This document shows positions 17,239-26,559 of a stretch of DNA of 47,268 nt, in pieces. This stretch comes from an uncultured Oscillospiraceae bacterium (lineage in GTDB: Bacteria > Bacillota > Clostridia > Oscillospirales > Acutalibacteraceae), in contig URYX01000001.1 in assembly GCA_900552225.1 (NCBI GenBank), positions 1 to 47,268 on the forward strand, given 5' to 3'. How positions within the stretch are numbered: position 1 is the stretch's first letter; each line of letters begins with the position of its first letter. The notes beneath the pieces are model-generated. The model ran no database searches and was not told where the DNA came from. It worked only from the letters and a program-made list of their open reading frames with translations. Position numbers and translations under genes: made by a program.

Positions 17239-19140
17239 ATGAATACTTTGCAGATTCCCCCCTTCTGTGCGGAGAACGACTATCTGAGAAACTATGAGTA
17301 CCGTCTGCTGATCCGGGAACAGGGGCAGAACTGGCAGCCGATCGTGCCGTACACGGTGCGTATCAACGACAACTTCGGTCAGAACATCGAGCTCTCCGAC
17401 CCCGTCAGGCTCTCCCCGATGATTTATTTCTCCATGGGCGACCGCCCGGCGGAGATTTTGGTGGAGTGGCTGGGCGGCAGCATCCGGACGGCGGAAATCC
17501 TGCCGTCCGGAGCCGGCAGCGTGACCGTGCTGGAGGGCGGCCGGGCCTGTGTGACCGTGACCCGCCCGGCGCAGCTCTGCCTGCGCATCAACGGCGAGCG
17601 GTATGAGCTCGTGTATATCTTTGCCAACCCGCCGGAGGAGGCCCCGGAGGCCTCGGAGGATGTGGTCGTGATTCCGGCCGGCCATACGGAGGCTCCGTTC
17701 CTGGGCGAAAACGTCTGGAACGGCTCCATCCGCGACGTGCGGCTGTACCGCCGCACGCTGACCGCCGACGAGGCGGCGGCGCTGACCGGGGGCCGTGAGG
17801 TGGAGGGCTATACCTACCGCTGGCCGCTGCAGGGAGATCTGGCGGAGGAGAGCGGACAGGGAACCCCGACGATGGTGGGGGACACCGTGTTCGAGGAAAC
17901 CGACGGCGTTTGGGCGCTGCGGATGGACGGCTGCGGCAACCGCCTGGATACGGGCTTGGCGCTGCCGCAGGAGTGGGCAGAGAGCTACAGCCTGACCGTC
18001 TGGGTATACCTGCGCGAGGGAGCCCCCCGCCACTGCCAGATTCTGCAGGAGCTGCTGCATATCTACGCCGACGGCACGGTATGCACCAACATCGGCAGCT
18101 GGGAGCACCCCTACCGCTCGCATAATCTGCTGACGGCCGGCGCCTGGCATCAGTTGACATTGACAAAGCAGGGCAGCGATGTTACGCTCTATATTGACGG
18201 CGAGAGCGGCGGAACGGAGACCCGCAAGCCGCAGACGCGGGGCTACGGCCTGGTGATCGGCGCGGGGGATATGCGGCAGCAGCTGGTGCTGCGCGACCAC
18301 CAGACGCTGTACCTGGCGCCGGGTGCCGTGCTGCACGGCACGGTGGTGGCCCTGGGCGTGCGGGACGTGCGCATCTGCGGCAGCGGCATCATCGACATCA
18401 CGCCGCGCTCGGAATGGCAGACCTGCTTTAACGGCATTCTGGTCATCAACTCGCAGGACGTGGAGATTTCCGGCGTCATCGTCAACAACCCGCGCTTCTT
18501 CAGCGTGCGGACGATGCACAGCGAACGGGTACACTGGTCGCACGTGAAGATTTTCAGCTCCTACGGTCCGTCGGACGGCTTCAATGTCTACGGAGCGCAC
18601 GATGTGACGGCGGAGCACTGCTTCATCCGCTGCAACGACGACGGCTTTTCGCTGAGCGACGGCTGCGCCCGCGTGACCATCCGTCACTGCGTGCTCACAA
18701 ACGACGTGGCGCATGCGTTCTTCTTCTCCTCGGTGGAGGACGTGCTGGCGGAGGATATGGACATTCTCGACAGCAAGCAGGGCGACTTCGGCTATCAGGG
18801 AGTGTTCGGTACCTGCGCCGACGGCGGCCATGCGGTGCGCAACATCACCTTCCGCGACATCCGCGTGGGAGCCTTCCTGCATAACAAGCTGTTTGAAATC
18901 TGCACCATGTTCAACCCGGTGTATACCTATGAGCCGGGGAAGATCGTGGAGAACATTCTCTTTGAAAACATCACCTACGCCGGCTTCGGCCATCTGCCGT
19001 GCGAGATTCATGGCTACGATGAGACGCGCCCGGTGCGGAACGTGCGCTTCCGCAATGTGACGGTGAACGGGCAGAGGCTGACCGGGGAGACCGGCATCGT
19101 CCGTGTCGGCCGTTGCGCGGAGCAGATCGTATTTGAGTAA
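17239..19140 (+). CDS. Cytoplasmic paralog of the preceding enzyme (beta-sandwich, LamG insert, beta-helix glycosidase), no signal peptide
   Basis: Collinear with 15079..17190: LCLRINGERYELVYIFANP vs LCLRINGERYDLVHIFVNA; WNGSIRDVRLYRRTLTADEA; YSLTVWVYLRE...LTLTKQGSDVTLYIDGE; GPSDGFNVYG; IRCNDDGFSLS; NDVAHAFF. N-terminus MNTLQIPPFCAENDY is not hydrophobic. Confidence 0.8.
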   Translation: MNTLQIPPFCAENDYLRNYEYRLLIREQGQNWQPIVPYTVRINDNFGQNIELSDPVRLSPMIYFSMGDRPAEILVEWLGGSIRTAEILPSGAGSVTVLEGGRACVTVTRPAQLCLRINGERYELVYIFANPPEEAPEASEDVVVIPAGHTEAPFLGENVWNGSIRDVRLYRRTLTADEAAALTGGREVEGYTYRWPLQGDLAEESGQGTPTMVGDTVFEETDGVWALRMDGCGNRLDTGLALPQEWAESYSLTVWVYLREGAPRHCQILQELLHIYADGTVCTNIGSWEHPYRSHNLLTAGAWHQLTLTKQGSDVTLYIDGESGGTETRKPQTRGYGLVIGAGDMRQQLVLRDHQTLYLAPGAVLHGTVVALGVRDVRICGSGIIDITPRSEWQTCFNGILVINSQDVEISGVIVNNPRFFSVRTMHSERVHWSHVKIFSSYGPSDGFNVYGAHDVTAEHCFIRCNDDGFSLSDGCARVTIRHCVLTNDVAHAFFFSSVEDVLAEDMDILDSKQGDFGYQGVFGTCADGGHAVRNITFRDIRVGAFLHNKLFEICTMFNPVYTYEPGKIVENILFENITYAGFGHLPCEIHGYDETRPVRNVRFRNVTVNGQRLTGETGIVRVGRCAEQIVFE

Positions 19141-19161
19141 AGTGAAACCGGAGGTGCGGCA

Positions 19162-21270
19162 ATGAGCGGGCTGTTGGAGAAGGCACAGTGGATTACGGCG
19201 AATCGGTTCCATCTGTATAATCGTGCAGTGTCCCACTCCGTGGTTCTGTTCACGCGCTTTTTCGGGGTGCACGGGCGCGTGCGCCGCGCCATGCTGCACA
19301 TCACGGCCTACGGCCTGTATGAGGCGCAGCTGAACGATCAGCCGGTGGCGGATACGCTGTGTAGCCCCGGCTTTACGTGCTACGGTAAGCGGCTGCAGGT
19401 GCAGAGCTATGACGTGACGCGGCTGCTGCGCCCCGATGGGGAAAACCGGCTGCTGGTGTATACGGCGCGCGGCTGGGCGCTTTGGGAGGATCCCGACGCT
19501 CTGCATCACACGGTGCTGGCCGCGCTGGAGATCGAGGAGGAGGACGGCACGGTGACGGAGCTGGTGACGGACAGCGAGTGGAAGGTCTCGAGCTGCGACA
19601 TCGTCACGAGCGACCTCTGCCGCGGAGAGACGCGGGACTATCGCTCGCATTACTCCATGCTGACCAAGCAGCCGGCCGAGGTGCGGGAGCTTCCCCGGCA
19701 GATGCTGATTGCGCAGGAGGGCCTCCCGATACGGCGGAAGGAGCATTACACGGTGCAGCGCCTGCTGATTACCCCCCGGGGAGAGCGGGTGCTGGATTTC
19801 GGCACCGCCCTGTGCGGCTATGTGCAGGTGCGCGTGCAGGGGCAGCCGGGGGATAAGCTGCGCCTGCAGTACGCGCTGTCGCTCGATAAGAACGGCAACT
19901 TTGACGCAGAGGACACCGACGCGATGCCGCAGACCACCTACTTTCTGTGGGACAACACGCGCCGGTGCGCGCCGATGTTCGCACTGACGGAATTCCGCTA
20001 CGTGAAGCTCCGGGAATACCCGTTGGCGGAGATCGATCCCGCCTGCTTTACGGCGGTGGCGGTGCGCTCGGACGCGGAGCGGACGGGCTGGTTCCGCTGC
20101 GGCCTCAAGGAGCTGAATACGCTGTACGAGGAGGCGGTCGGCCGGCAGCAGCGGAGCATGCTCGATATCCCGACGACGGACTGCGAGCAGGGCTGGCGCT
20201 TCGGCCGCCCGGAGGCGGTGCTGCGGGCGGCCCCCGGCGGGATGTATACCTATCAGTGCCTCGCCTTTTTCCGCAAATGGCTGCGGGACGTCGCCGCGGA
20301 GCAGGCGGCGGACGGGAGCCTCCCGCGGCGCATCCCCGACATTGCGCAGCTGCCGGAGCTCCCGCCCTCTCTGGAATCCGGCCTCGCCGTCGTGGAGCTT
20401 CCGTGGCTCTGCTTCCGGCTGTACGGCGATACGGCGGTGCTGCGTGAGCAGTATCCCGCCATGTGCCGGCTGGAGCAGTGGGCGGCGGCGCGGGTTCACG
20501 GGCTGCGGGAGCCCTTCCCGCAGGAGACGGCCGATGAGCTGCCGCTGTATGCGCGCCTTCTGCGTCGGCTGAACCGGATTGCCTCGCTTCTCGGCTATAC
20601 GGCGGATGCGGAGCGGTATCTCCGGCGGTATGAGCGGGCGCGCGCGGCGGTGGACCGCCGGTTGTCGGCCGCGCAGGCGCGGCATGCGCTCCCGCCCGAG
20701 CTGCTTCCCGCGGCGCTGCAGAGCGGCGCATGGGACGCCGGACGCGTCTGGGAGGCGCTCCCGCCGGAGCTTCTGTCCGGCAAGGGCCTGTCCCGTGGCC
20801 TGCGCACGGCGCTGGAGCAGCTGCTGTTTTCGTGGGAGACGGAGGAACTCTACGACCTTCCGGTCTGCGCAAAACGCATGGGGGAGGTGTATCCCTCCCT
20901 GCTGCAGGCCCTGTATTTCGCGGATCACGACCGTGCGAAGGACGGCGGAGAGGCGGATGCCTGCGCGGTGGCGGAGTGGCTGTATGCCCGCGTGGCCGGT
21001 CTGCGGCCGGCGGGGGAAAACGGCGGCTTTTCGACGGTGGACATCTGCCCGCTGCCTCACCCGCAGGTGGGCTGGGCGGAGGCCGCGCTGAAAACGGGCA
21101 CCGGCCGTATCGTATCCTCCTGGAAATACCAAAAGGATACGGTCTGTTATACCCTGGAAATCCCGCGCGGTGTCCGCGCGCGCTTCCGGGTGGGCGATGA
21201 GATCTTTGAGCTGAACGAGGGAGTCCACCGGTTCCGCAGACAGGGCTCCCTCCCGGCCGAGAAATGCTGA
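19162..21270 (+). CDS. GH78 (alpha-L-rhamnosidase)-like protein, short and with a degenerate catalytic-region motif
   Basis: Classic GH78 N-terminus AQWITA...AMLHITAYGLYEAQLNDQPVADTLCSPGFTCYGKRLQVQSYDVTRLL. The six-hairpin region has FFRKWLRDVAAEQAADGSLPRRIP. It has DIPTTDCEQGWRFGRPE where GH78 enzymes, as I recall, have PTDCPQRDERLGWTGD. Confidence 0.75.
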   Translation: MSGLLEKAQWITANRFHLYNRAVSHSVVLFTRFFGVHGRVRRAMLHITAYGLYEAQLNDQPVADTLCSPGFTCYGKRLQVQSYDVTRLLRPDGENRLLVYTARGWALWEDPDALHHTVLAALEIEEEDGTVTELVTDSEWKVSSCDIVTSDLCRGETRDYRSHYSMLTKQPAEVRELPRQMLIAQEGLPIRRKEHYTVQRLLITPRGERVLDFGTALCGYVQVRVQGQPGDKLRLQYALSLDKNGNFDAEDTDAMPQTTYFLWDNTRRCAPMFALTEFRYVKLREYPLAEIDPACFTAVAVRSDAERTGWFRCGLKELNTLYEEAVGRQQRSMLDIPTTDCEQGWRFGRPEAVLRAAPGGMYTYQCLAFFRKWLRDVAAEQAADGSLPRRIPDIAQLPELPPSLESGLAVVELPWLCFRLYGDTAVLREQYPAMCRLEQWAAARVHGLREPFPQETADELPLYARLLRRLNRIASLLGYTADAERYLRRYERARAAVDRRLSAAQARHALPPELLPAALQSGAWDAGRVWEALPPELLSGKGLSRGLRTALEQLLFSWETEELYDLPVCAKRMGEVYPSLLQALYFADHDRAKDGGEADACAVAEWLYARVAGLRPAGENGGFSTVDICPLPHPQVGWAEAALKTGTGRIVSSWKYQKDTVCYTLEIPRGVRARFRVGDEIFELNEGVHRFRRQGSLPAEKC

Positions 21271-21280
21271 GGACAATGCG

Positions 21281-22216
21281 ATGACGGAAACCTCCAAGAA
21301 AAATCTGAATATTCGCTTCCACTTCGACATCTGCTCGACCTTTGATCCGGTGGCGCTGAGAAACTACTGGCTGCTGCAGGTGGGCGACATCAGCTACACC
21401 AGCTCCTTTACGAGCGAGGTGCATCTGCAGACCTGCTATGAGATTTCCTATATCGTCTCCGGCTCCGGCAAATTCGTGCTGGATAACCGGGAATATTCCG
21501 TGCGTCAGGGCGACATCATCGTGGCGCGTCTGGGACAGGAGCACTATATCTGCTCCTCGGCCTATGACCCGATCCGCTTCTTTTACGTCGGGTTTCTGTT
21601 TGAGCCGCAGGCCGCCTCGGCGGCGGAATACGCCGAGATCATCGCACTGTTCGACGACCCCAGGTATACCCTGATTCACGATCAGTACGATATTTCCTCG
21701 GCCTTTTTTGACCTGCTCAACGAGTTTCTGTCGGAGAAGCCGCTCAAATGGATGATTACGGAGAGCTGCCTGGAGCGCCTGATCGGACTGACCTACCGGA
21801 ATTTCCTGCAGATGAAAAAGGAAACCTATGTGCAGAACGAGCACTGGAACGACGCCAGCCGCGTGCTGTATGAGATCATCAGCTATGTGGACCGGAATGT
21901 GCGCAAGATCCGCCACATGAACGAGATCAGTCAGCACCTCGGCTACAGCTATCCGTATGTGTCCAATCTGTTTTCGGAAAATATGGGGATTACCCTGAAG
22001 GAATACGTGGACGGCAAAAAGATCGAGTACGCCAAGACGCTGCTGTACAAGGGCTCGGTGATCACCGAGGTGGCGGAGGCGGCGGGATACGACTCCATCC
22101 ACGCCTTCAGCCGCGCGTTCAAGCGCAAGACGGGGCTCTCCCCGATGGCCTACTGTCAGCAGCGGGGCGAGGAAAACCCGTCCGAGGTGGGCTCGCTCCA
22201 TAACCGGATGCGCTGA
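21281..22216 (+). CDS. AraC-family transcriptional regulator (cupin sensor plus HTH)
   Basis: C-terminal HTH ISQHLGYSYPYVSNLFSENMGITLKEYVDGKKIEYAKTLLYKGSVITEVAEAAGYDSIHAFSRAFKRKTGLSPMAY. N-terminal cupin-like GDIIVARLGQEHYI. Confidence 0.9.
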   Translation: MTETSKKNLNIRFHFDICSTFDPVALRNYWLLQVGDISYTSSFTSEVHLQTCYEISYIVSGSGKFVLDNREYSVRQGDIIVARLGQEHYICSSAYDPIRFFYVGFLFEPQAASAAEYAEIIALFDDPRYTLIHDQYDISSAFFDLLNEFLSEKPLKWMITESCLERLIGLTYRNFLQMKKETYVQNEHWNDASRVLYEIISYVDRNVRKIRHMNEISQHLGYSYPYVSNLFSENMGITLKEYVDGKKIEYAKTLLYKGSVITEVAEAAGYDSIHAFSRAFKRKTGLSPMAYCQQRGEENPSEVGSLHNRMR

Positions 22217-22271
22217 TGCGGCGCTCCGGCATCAACAGCGGGAATATCCCGCAGAAAATGAGGAATCAACC

Positions 22272-23549
22272 ATGGAACAACGCTATACGGTTTCGGCCGA
22301 CGGCTGCCCGGTGCCCCTGATCCCGGCGCAGGTATGGGAGAAGAAGGGGCAGGCGGAGCCGATTCCGCATACGATGTATCTGGCGTGCATCGAGCACGAT
22401 TTTCAGACGCCGCTCACGCTGCGGGTGCGGCATACCGGCGGCGGGGAGGCCGAGGTGCGTCCCCATGCGCTCGGGCTGCAGCCGGTGCGGCAGGGGGAGG
22501 AGGATGTGCTGACGCTCACCTCTCCGGCGAAGCTGTCGCTCGAATACGGCGGGAAGCTGTATGAGAATCTGTTCGTGTTTGCCCTGCAGCCGGACGCGCA
22601 GCGCCCCGATCCCGCGGCCCCCGGCGTGCGCTATTTCGGGCCCGGGGAGCACCACCCGGGGGAAATACGGCTCTCCTCCGGCGAAACGCTGTATCTGGAT
22701 GCGGGGGCGACGGTGTACGGCCGCGTCTGTGCCAAGGGCGCGGAGCATATCACGGTGGCCGGCCACGGCATCCTGCACGGCGGCGAGGAAAACCACGATA
22801 CCGACCGGAAATACCACATGTTCTTCGAGGATTGCCGCGACGTGACGGTACGGGATGTGCTGATGTGCGATTCCCCGGCCTGGAGCTTTGTGACCATGCG
22901 CTGCCGCGGTGTCACGGCGGAGGGCCTGCGGCAGGTCTCCTATAACTGGAACAGCGACGGCTTCGACATCTGCGGCAGCGAGGATGTCACCATTGACGGG
23001 GCCTTTATCCGCAATTTCGACGATAACATCTCGCTCAAGAGCTTCGGCGGCCACTGTCGGAACATCACGATGAAGAACTCCGTGCTGTGGTGCGACTGCG
23101 CCCACAATATGCTGGTCGGCCCGGAGGCCGACCGCGAGCAGGGCACCGTGTTTGAAAACATCCTCTTTGAGAACATCGACGTCCTGGAAAGCCGGGAATA
23201 CTGCGAGACGTATATGGGCGTGATGGCCATTATGTGCGCCGACCGGGCCCGCATCCGCAATGTCTGCTGGAGGAATATCCGGGTGGAGCGCCTGTCGCAC
23301 GGCAAGCTGGTGCAGATCCGCTATGTGACGGCCTATGCCAAGGAGCTCGGCCGCTCCGTGGAGGACATCCGCTTCGAGCGAATCACGGCGGAGCTGCCCG
23401 AACGCCCGGTGATTACCATTGCCGGGGCCGATGCCGGGCGCACGGTGCAGCGGGTGACCTTTGACGGCCTGCAGGCCGATCCCGTATGGGATCTGGCGGC
23501 TTTTACGGGGCCGGTCGTCTGCAACGGGACCGCGGTCTCCTGCGGCTGA
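22272..23549 (+). CDS. Cytoplasmic right-handed beta-helix glycosidase (clan GH-N, GH28/GH49-like)
   Basis: Motifs WNSDGFDICGSEDVTIDGAFIRNFDDNISLKS and CDCAHNMLVGPE, parallel to the two LamG enzymes. No signal peptide. Confidence 0.8.
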   Translation: MEQRYTVSADGCPVPLIPAQVWEKKGQAEPIPHTMYLACIEHDFQTPLTLRVRHTGGGEAEVRPHALGLQPVRQGEEDVLTLTSPAKLSLEYGGKLYENLFVFALQPDAQRPDPAAPGVRYFGPGEHHPGEIRLSSGETLYLDAGATVYGRVCAKGAEHITVAGHGILHGGEENHDTDRKYHMFFEDCRDVTVRDVLMCDSPAWSFVTMRCRGVTAEGLRQVSYNWNSDGFDICGSEDVTIDGAFIRNFDDNISLKSFGGHCRNITMKNSVLWCDCAHNMLVGPEADREQGTVFENILFENIDVLESREYCETYMGVMAIMCADRARIRNVCWRNIRVERLSHGKLVQIRYVTAYAKELGRSVEDIRFERITAELPERPVITIAGADAGRTVQRVTFDGLQADPVWDLAAFTGPVVCNGTAVSCG

Positions 23550-23557
23550 GCCCAACC

Positions 23558-23618
23558 GAAAAGCCCCATCCGACAGGCCGCCTTGGAAGCGGAGGCCCTT
23601 GTCGGATGGGGCTTTTTT
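23558..23618. terminator. Bidirectional intrinsic terminator between convergent genes
   Basis: AAAAGCCCCATCCGACAgG...CcTTGTCGGATGGGGCTTTTTT: long stem (one C:C mismatch near the loop) flanked by an A-run and a T-run. Confidence 0.8.
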
Positions 23619-23626
23619 CTGTGCAG

Positions 23627-24208
23627 TCAGGACAGCGACTGGTCGAGCGTCTGCGAAAACGCGGGCAGAAACTCCGTCAGGAAGCATTCCGCCGCCGGAC
23701 AGTGCAGGGCGTGCAGCGCCTGCTCGGTGGTCTCCCGCGCCACGGAGAACTCCCGGTTGCCTGCCTTCAGCTCCTCCTCGCATTTGATGAGCGCGGACAG
23801 CTTGTCGGCGGCCTTGACGAGGCGGCGCTCCTCCTCCGTCATCTCCTCGTGCAGCAGCGGCGCGTAATCGGGCCGCAGATCCTCCGGCAGCAGCGAGAGC
23901 AGCGTCTCGGCGGCGGTGTTCTCCACCTGCCGGTAGGCCTCGCGAAGCCCGGAATTGTGGTATTTGACCGGAGTGGGCAGGTCACCCGTCAGAATTTCCG
24001 AGGCGTCGTGGTAGAGCGCAAACAGGACACAGCGCTCCGCGCAGACCGTTCCGCCGAAGCGGCGGTTGTGCAGCAGGGCCAGGGCGTGCGCCAGCACGGC
24101 GGTCTCCTGCGTATGCTCCGCCACACTCTCCGCCGAGGTGTTGCGCATCAGGGACCAGCGGGTAATCAGCTTCATGCGGGACAGCATGGCATAAAAGGCA
24201 TAGGGCAT
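23627..24208 (-). CDS. yfbR: 5'-deoxynucleotidase, HD-domain (YfbR family)
   Basis: MPYAFYAMLSRMKLITRWSLMRNTSAESVAEHTQETAVLAHALALLHNRRFGGTVCAERCVLFALYHDASEILTGDLPTPVKY is collinear with E. coli YfbR as I remember it. The tracked start at 24274 is probably too early. Confidence 0.85.
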   Translation of the reverse strand: MPYAFYAMLSRMKLITRWSLMRNTSAESVAEHTQETAVLAHALALLHNRRFGGTVCAERCVLFALYHDASEILTGDLPTPVKYHNSGLREAYRQVENTAAETLLSLLPEDLRPDYAPLLHEEMTEEERRLVKAADKLSALIKCEEELKAGNREFSVARETTEQALHALHCPAAECFLTEFLPAFSQTLDQSLS

Positions 24209-24286
24209 ACCGAAACACTCCTTCGTGAAAAAACGCACCTTTTCCGAAGAACAGTATACCACAAATGCGGGCATCCGTAAAGTGCT

Positions 24287-25468
24287 TTATTCCTGCCGCA
24301 GGGCATCGACCGGCCGCATGCGGGCCGCCTGCAGCGCGGGATAGACACCGAACAGCGCCCCGATGGCGATGCAGAACAGGACGAGCAGCAGCATACGCCC
24401 ACCCTCCGGCGCAAAGGGCATATGAAAGGCGCTGAGCCCGGCCCAGGAGACCCCGAGGCCGACCGCCAGCCCGGCGACGCTCCCGAGCAGGGAGAGCACC
24501 GCCGATTCCGCCAGAAACTCCGCCAGAATCCGGGAGCGCGGTGCCCCGATGGCCTTTTTGATGCCGATTTCGCGCACACGCTCGTGTACGGAGACGAGCA
24601 TGATGGTCATGATGCCGAGCCCCGATACGAGCAGGGAGATGCCGCTGATGACGGTGAGAATCAGCGTGACAATGTGCATCAGGCTGTTCAGTCTGGATTT
24701 CTGCATAGCCAGATTCTCCGTCTCAAACTGGCCGCGGGTGCCCGTTTCGCGGTCCAGCGTGCGCATGATGCGCTGTGCCAGCTGCTCCGTGTCCGTGTGC
24801 TCCGCGGCCCGGACGGCAATCTGGTCAAAGCCGCCGGAGCCGCTGATCTGCTGCTGCGTGGTGTAGGGAATGAGCACGACTCCCGGAATATACGCGGTCA
24901 GATTCTGCAGCAGGCTGCTGCCCGCCTCCGCCACGCCGACGATTTCAAAGGCCGTCTCGGTGCCGTTCAGGCGGAGCCACAGGGTCTTTCCGACGATGTT
25001 GCCGCGCGCATATGCCTTTTCGGCAAAGGTCTCCTCCACGACGCAGACCGCCGCTCCGCTGCGGATGTCTCCGCGGGTGAGAAGCCGCCCGTAGCGCAGA
25101 TTGACGGAAATGGCCTGTACGGAGCCCCCGTCGATGCCGCAGGCGACCACCTCCTGCTCGGTTTCCCGCAGCTTGGCCTCAGCCCGCAGAATGGTCAGCG
25201 GCACGGCGCTTTCCACGCCCTCGGTGCCGCGGATAAGCCGCAGGCTGTCCTCATCCAGCAGCACCTCCGCCCCCGCGGCGGCGCTGACGGAGAGCCCGCT
25301 CATGCCGAGATCGTCCAGCTCGGCCGCCACGGCCTGCGTCCCGGCGCGGCCGATGGAGGAGACCACGGTGACCAGAATCACGCCGACGGCGATGCTTCCG
25401 GCTGTCAGGCAGGTACGTACCCGTTGGCGGCACAGGCTGCGCCAGGCCGCACGCCACAGCTCACCCAT
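24287..25468 (-). CDS. FtsX/MacB-type ABC transporter permease
   Basis: Real start MGELWRAAWRSLCRQRVRTCLTAGSIAVGVILV (ATG at 25468). Large extracytoplasmic domain between TM1 and TM2. C-terminal FtsX-like TM bundle (IGIKKAIGAPRSRILAEFLAESAVLSLLG). TAATG overlap with the upstream gene. Confidence 0.85.
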   Translation of the reverse strand: MGELWRAAWRSLCRQRVRTCLTAGSIAVGVILVTVVSSIGRAGTQAVAAELDDLGMSGLSVSAAAGAEVLLDEDSLRLIRGTEGVESAVPLTILRAEAKLRETEQEVVACGIDGGSVQAISVNLRYGRLLTRGDIRSGAAVCVVEETFAEKAYARGNIVGKTLWLRLNGTETAFEIVGVAEAGSSLLQNLTAYIPGVVLIPYTTQQQISGSGGFDQIAVRAAEHTDTEQLAQRIMRTLDRETGTRGQFETENLAMQKSRLNSLMHIVTLILTVISGISLLVSGLGIMTIMLVSVHERVREIGIKKAIGAPRSRILAEFLAESAVLSLLGSVAGLAVGLGVSWAGLSAFHMPFAPEGGRMLLLVLFCIAIGALFGVYPALQAARMRPVDALRQE

Positions 25469-26397
25469 TAGCTGTTCCCTCCCTCCCGGATCGGCTGACC
25501 GTCCCGGCGAATGGCGGAGGGATTGCAGATTAGGCGGTCTCCGGCGCGCAGACCGGCCGTGACGGCATAGCCGTCCGGGAGCTCCGCCGCCGTTTCCAGC
25601 GCCCGCCGCCGGGCGCAGCCTCCCTCTGCCACATAGACATATTCCGTGCCGTCGGCGTCCTGCAGCACGCATTCGTAGGGGACGATCGGTACATCCTCCA
25701 GTCGGTTGACGACGATTTCGGCCCGCGCGGTCAGCCCGAGCCGCAGCGAGTCGTCCGCCTGGCCGTTGTCCAGCGTGACGACGGCATCCACGGCGGTCTC
25801 GGCCTTGCCGACCGCAGCGGACGGAGAGGCCGAGGCGGAGAGATGGGTGAGGGTGCCGCTGTATTCCTCCGCCGTAAACGCATCTCCGCGGATGTGCACC
25901 CGCTGCCCGACGGCCACGCGGCGGAGCAGACTCTCCCGCACACTGACGTTCAGCTGCAGCCGGCTCAGCGAGGCGATGACGACACAGGGCCGGGAGGCAT
26001 CGGTCATTTTGCCCTCGGCGGCATTGACGGCGAGCACCACGCCGCCCTCCGGGGCCGTTAGCCCCCGCCGCACCTCCGAGGCGGTGACAGACCGGCCGCT
26101 GACGGCGGCCGCGGCCACCGTCGCCGCAACGTCCACGGTGAGCAGGACATCCCCCTTCTGCACGGTGTGCCCCACCTGGGCCAGCACCTGCTCCGTCTTG
26201 CAGCTGAGGTCGGTAAAGACCTCATACCGCTCGGCGGATTCCACCACCCCCGTGCAGCGCACCGTCTCCTCCGCCGTGCGGCTGATGACGGTGTGCAGCG
26301 TAACCTCCTGCGGGCGTGTGATGCCCCAGGCCCTCCATGCCAGAAGCCCGGCCGTGACGGGAATTGCCACTGCCGCCAGAATCCGATATTTTTTCAT
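25468..26397 (-). CDS. HlyD/membrane-fusion (periplasmic adaptor) family protein
   Basis: N-terminal anchor MKKYRILAAVAIPVTAGLLAW. Lipoyl/beta-barrel-like blocks (GHTVQKGDVLLTVD, GQRVHIRGDAF). Position directly upstream of the FtsX permease. Confidence 0.8.
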   Translation of the reverse strand: MKKYRILAAVAIPVTAGLLAWRAWGITRPQEVTLHTVISRTAEETVRCTGVVESAERYEVFTDLSCKTEQVLAQVGHTVQKGDVLLTVDVAATVAAAAVSGRSVTASEVRRGLTAPEGGVVLAVNAAEGKMTDASRPCVVIASLSRLQLNVSVRESLLRRVAVGQRVHIRGDAFTAEEYSGTLTHLSASASPSAAVGKAETAVDAVVTLDNGQADDSLRLGLTARAEIVVNRLEDVPIVPYECVLQDADGTEYVYVAEGGCARRRALETAAELPDGYAVTAGLRAGDRLICNPSAIRRDGQPIREGGNS

Positions 26398-26483
26398 GCC
26401 GCCGCCCCCTGTTCTTCCTCTCTATTGTGTGAGCGCCCCCATAAAATATGTGAGGGCTTTGAGAAGAAAAATCCACCAGGGAT

Positions 26484-26512
26484 TTGACAAAAAAGCCCGG
26501 ATAGAGTACAAT
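26484..26512 (+). promoter_or_regulatory. Sigma-A-type promoter for lgt (TTGACA-17-TACAAT)
   Basis: Hexamers and 17-nt spacer read from the sequence, ~48 nt upstream of the lgt ATG. Confidence 0.6.
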
Positions 26513-26559
26513 GCTTTTATAGCTTTGCTGTTTTGACGGCAGGAAAAGAGGTTTTGGTG

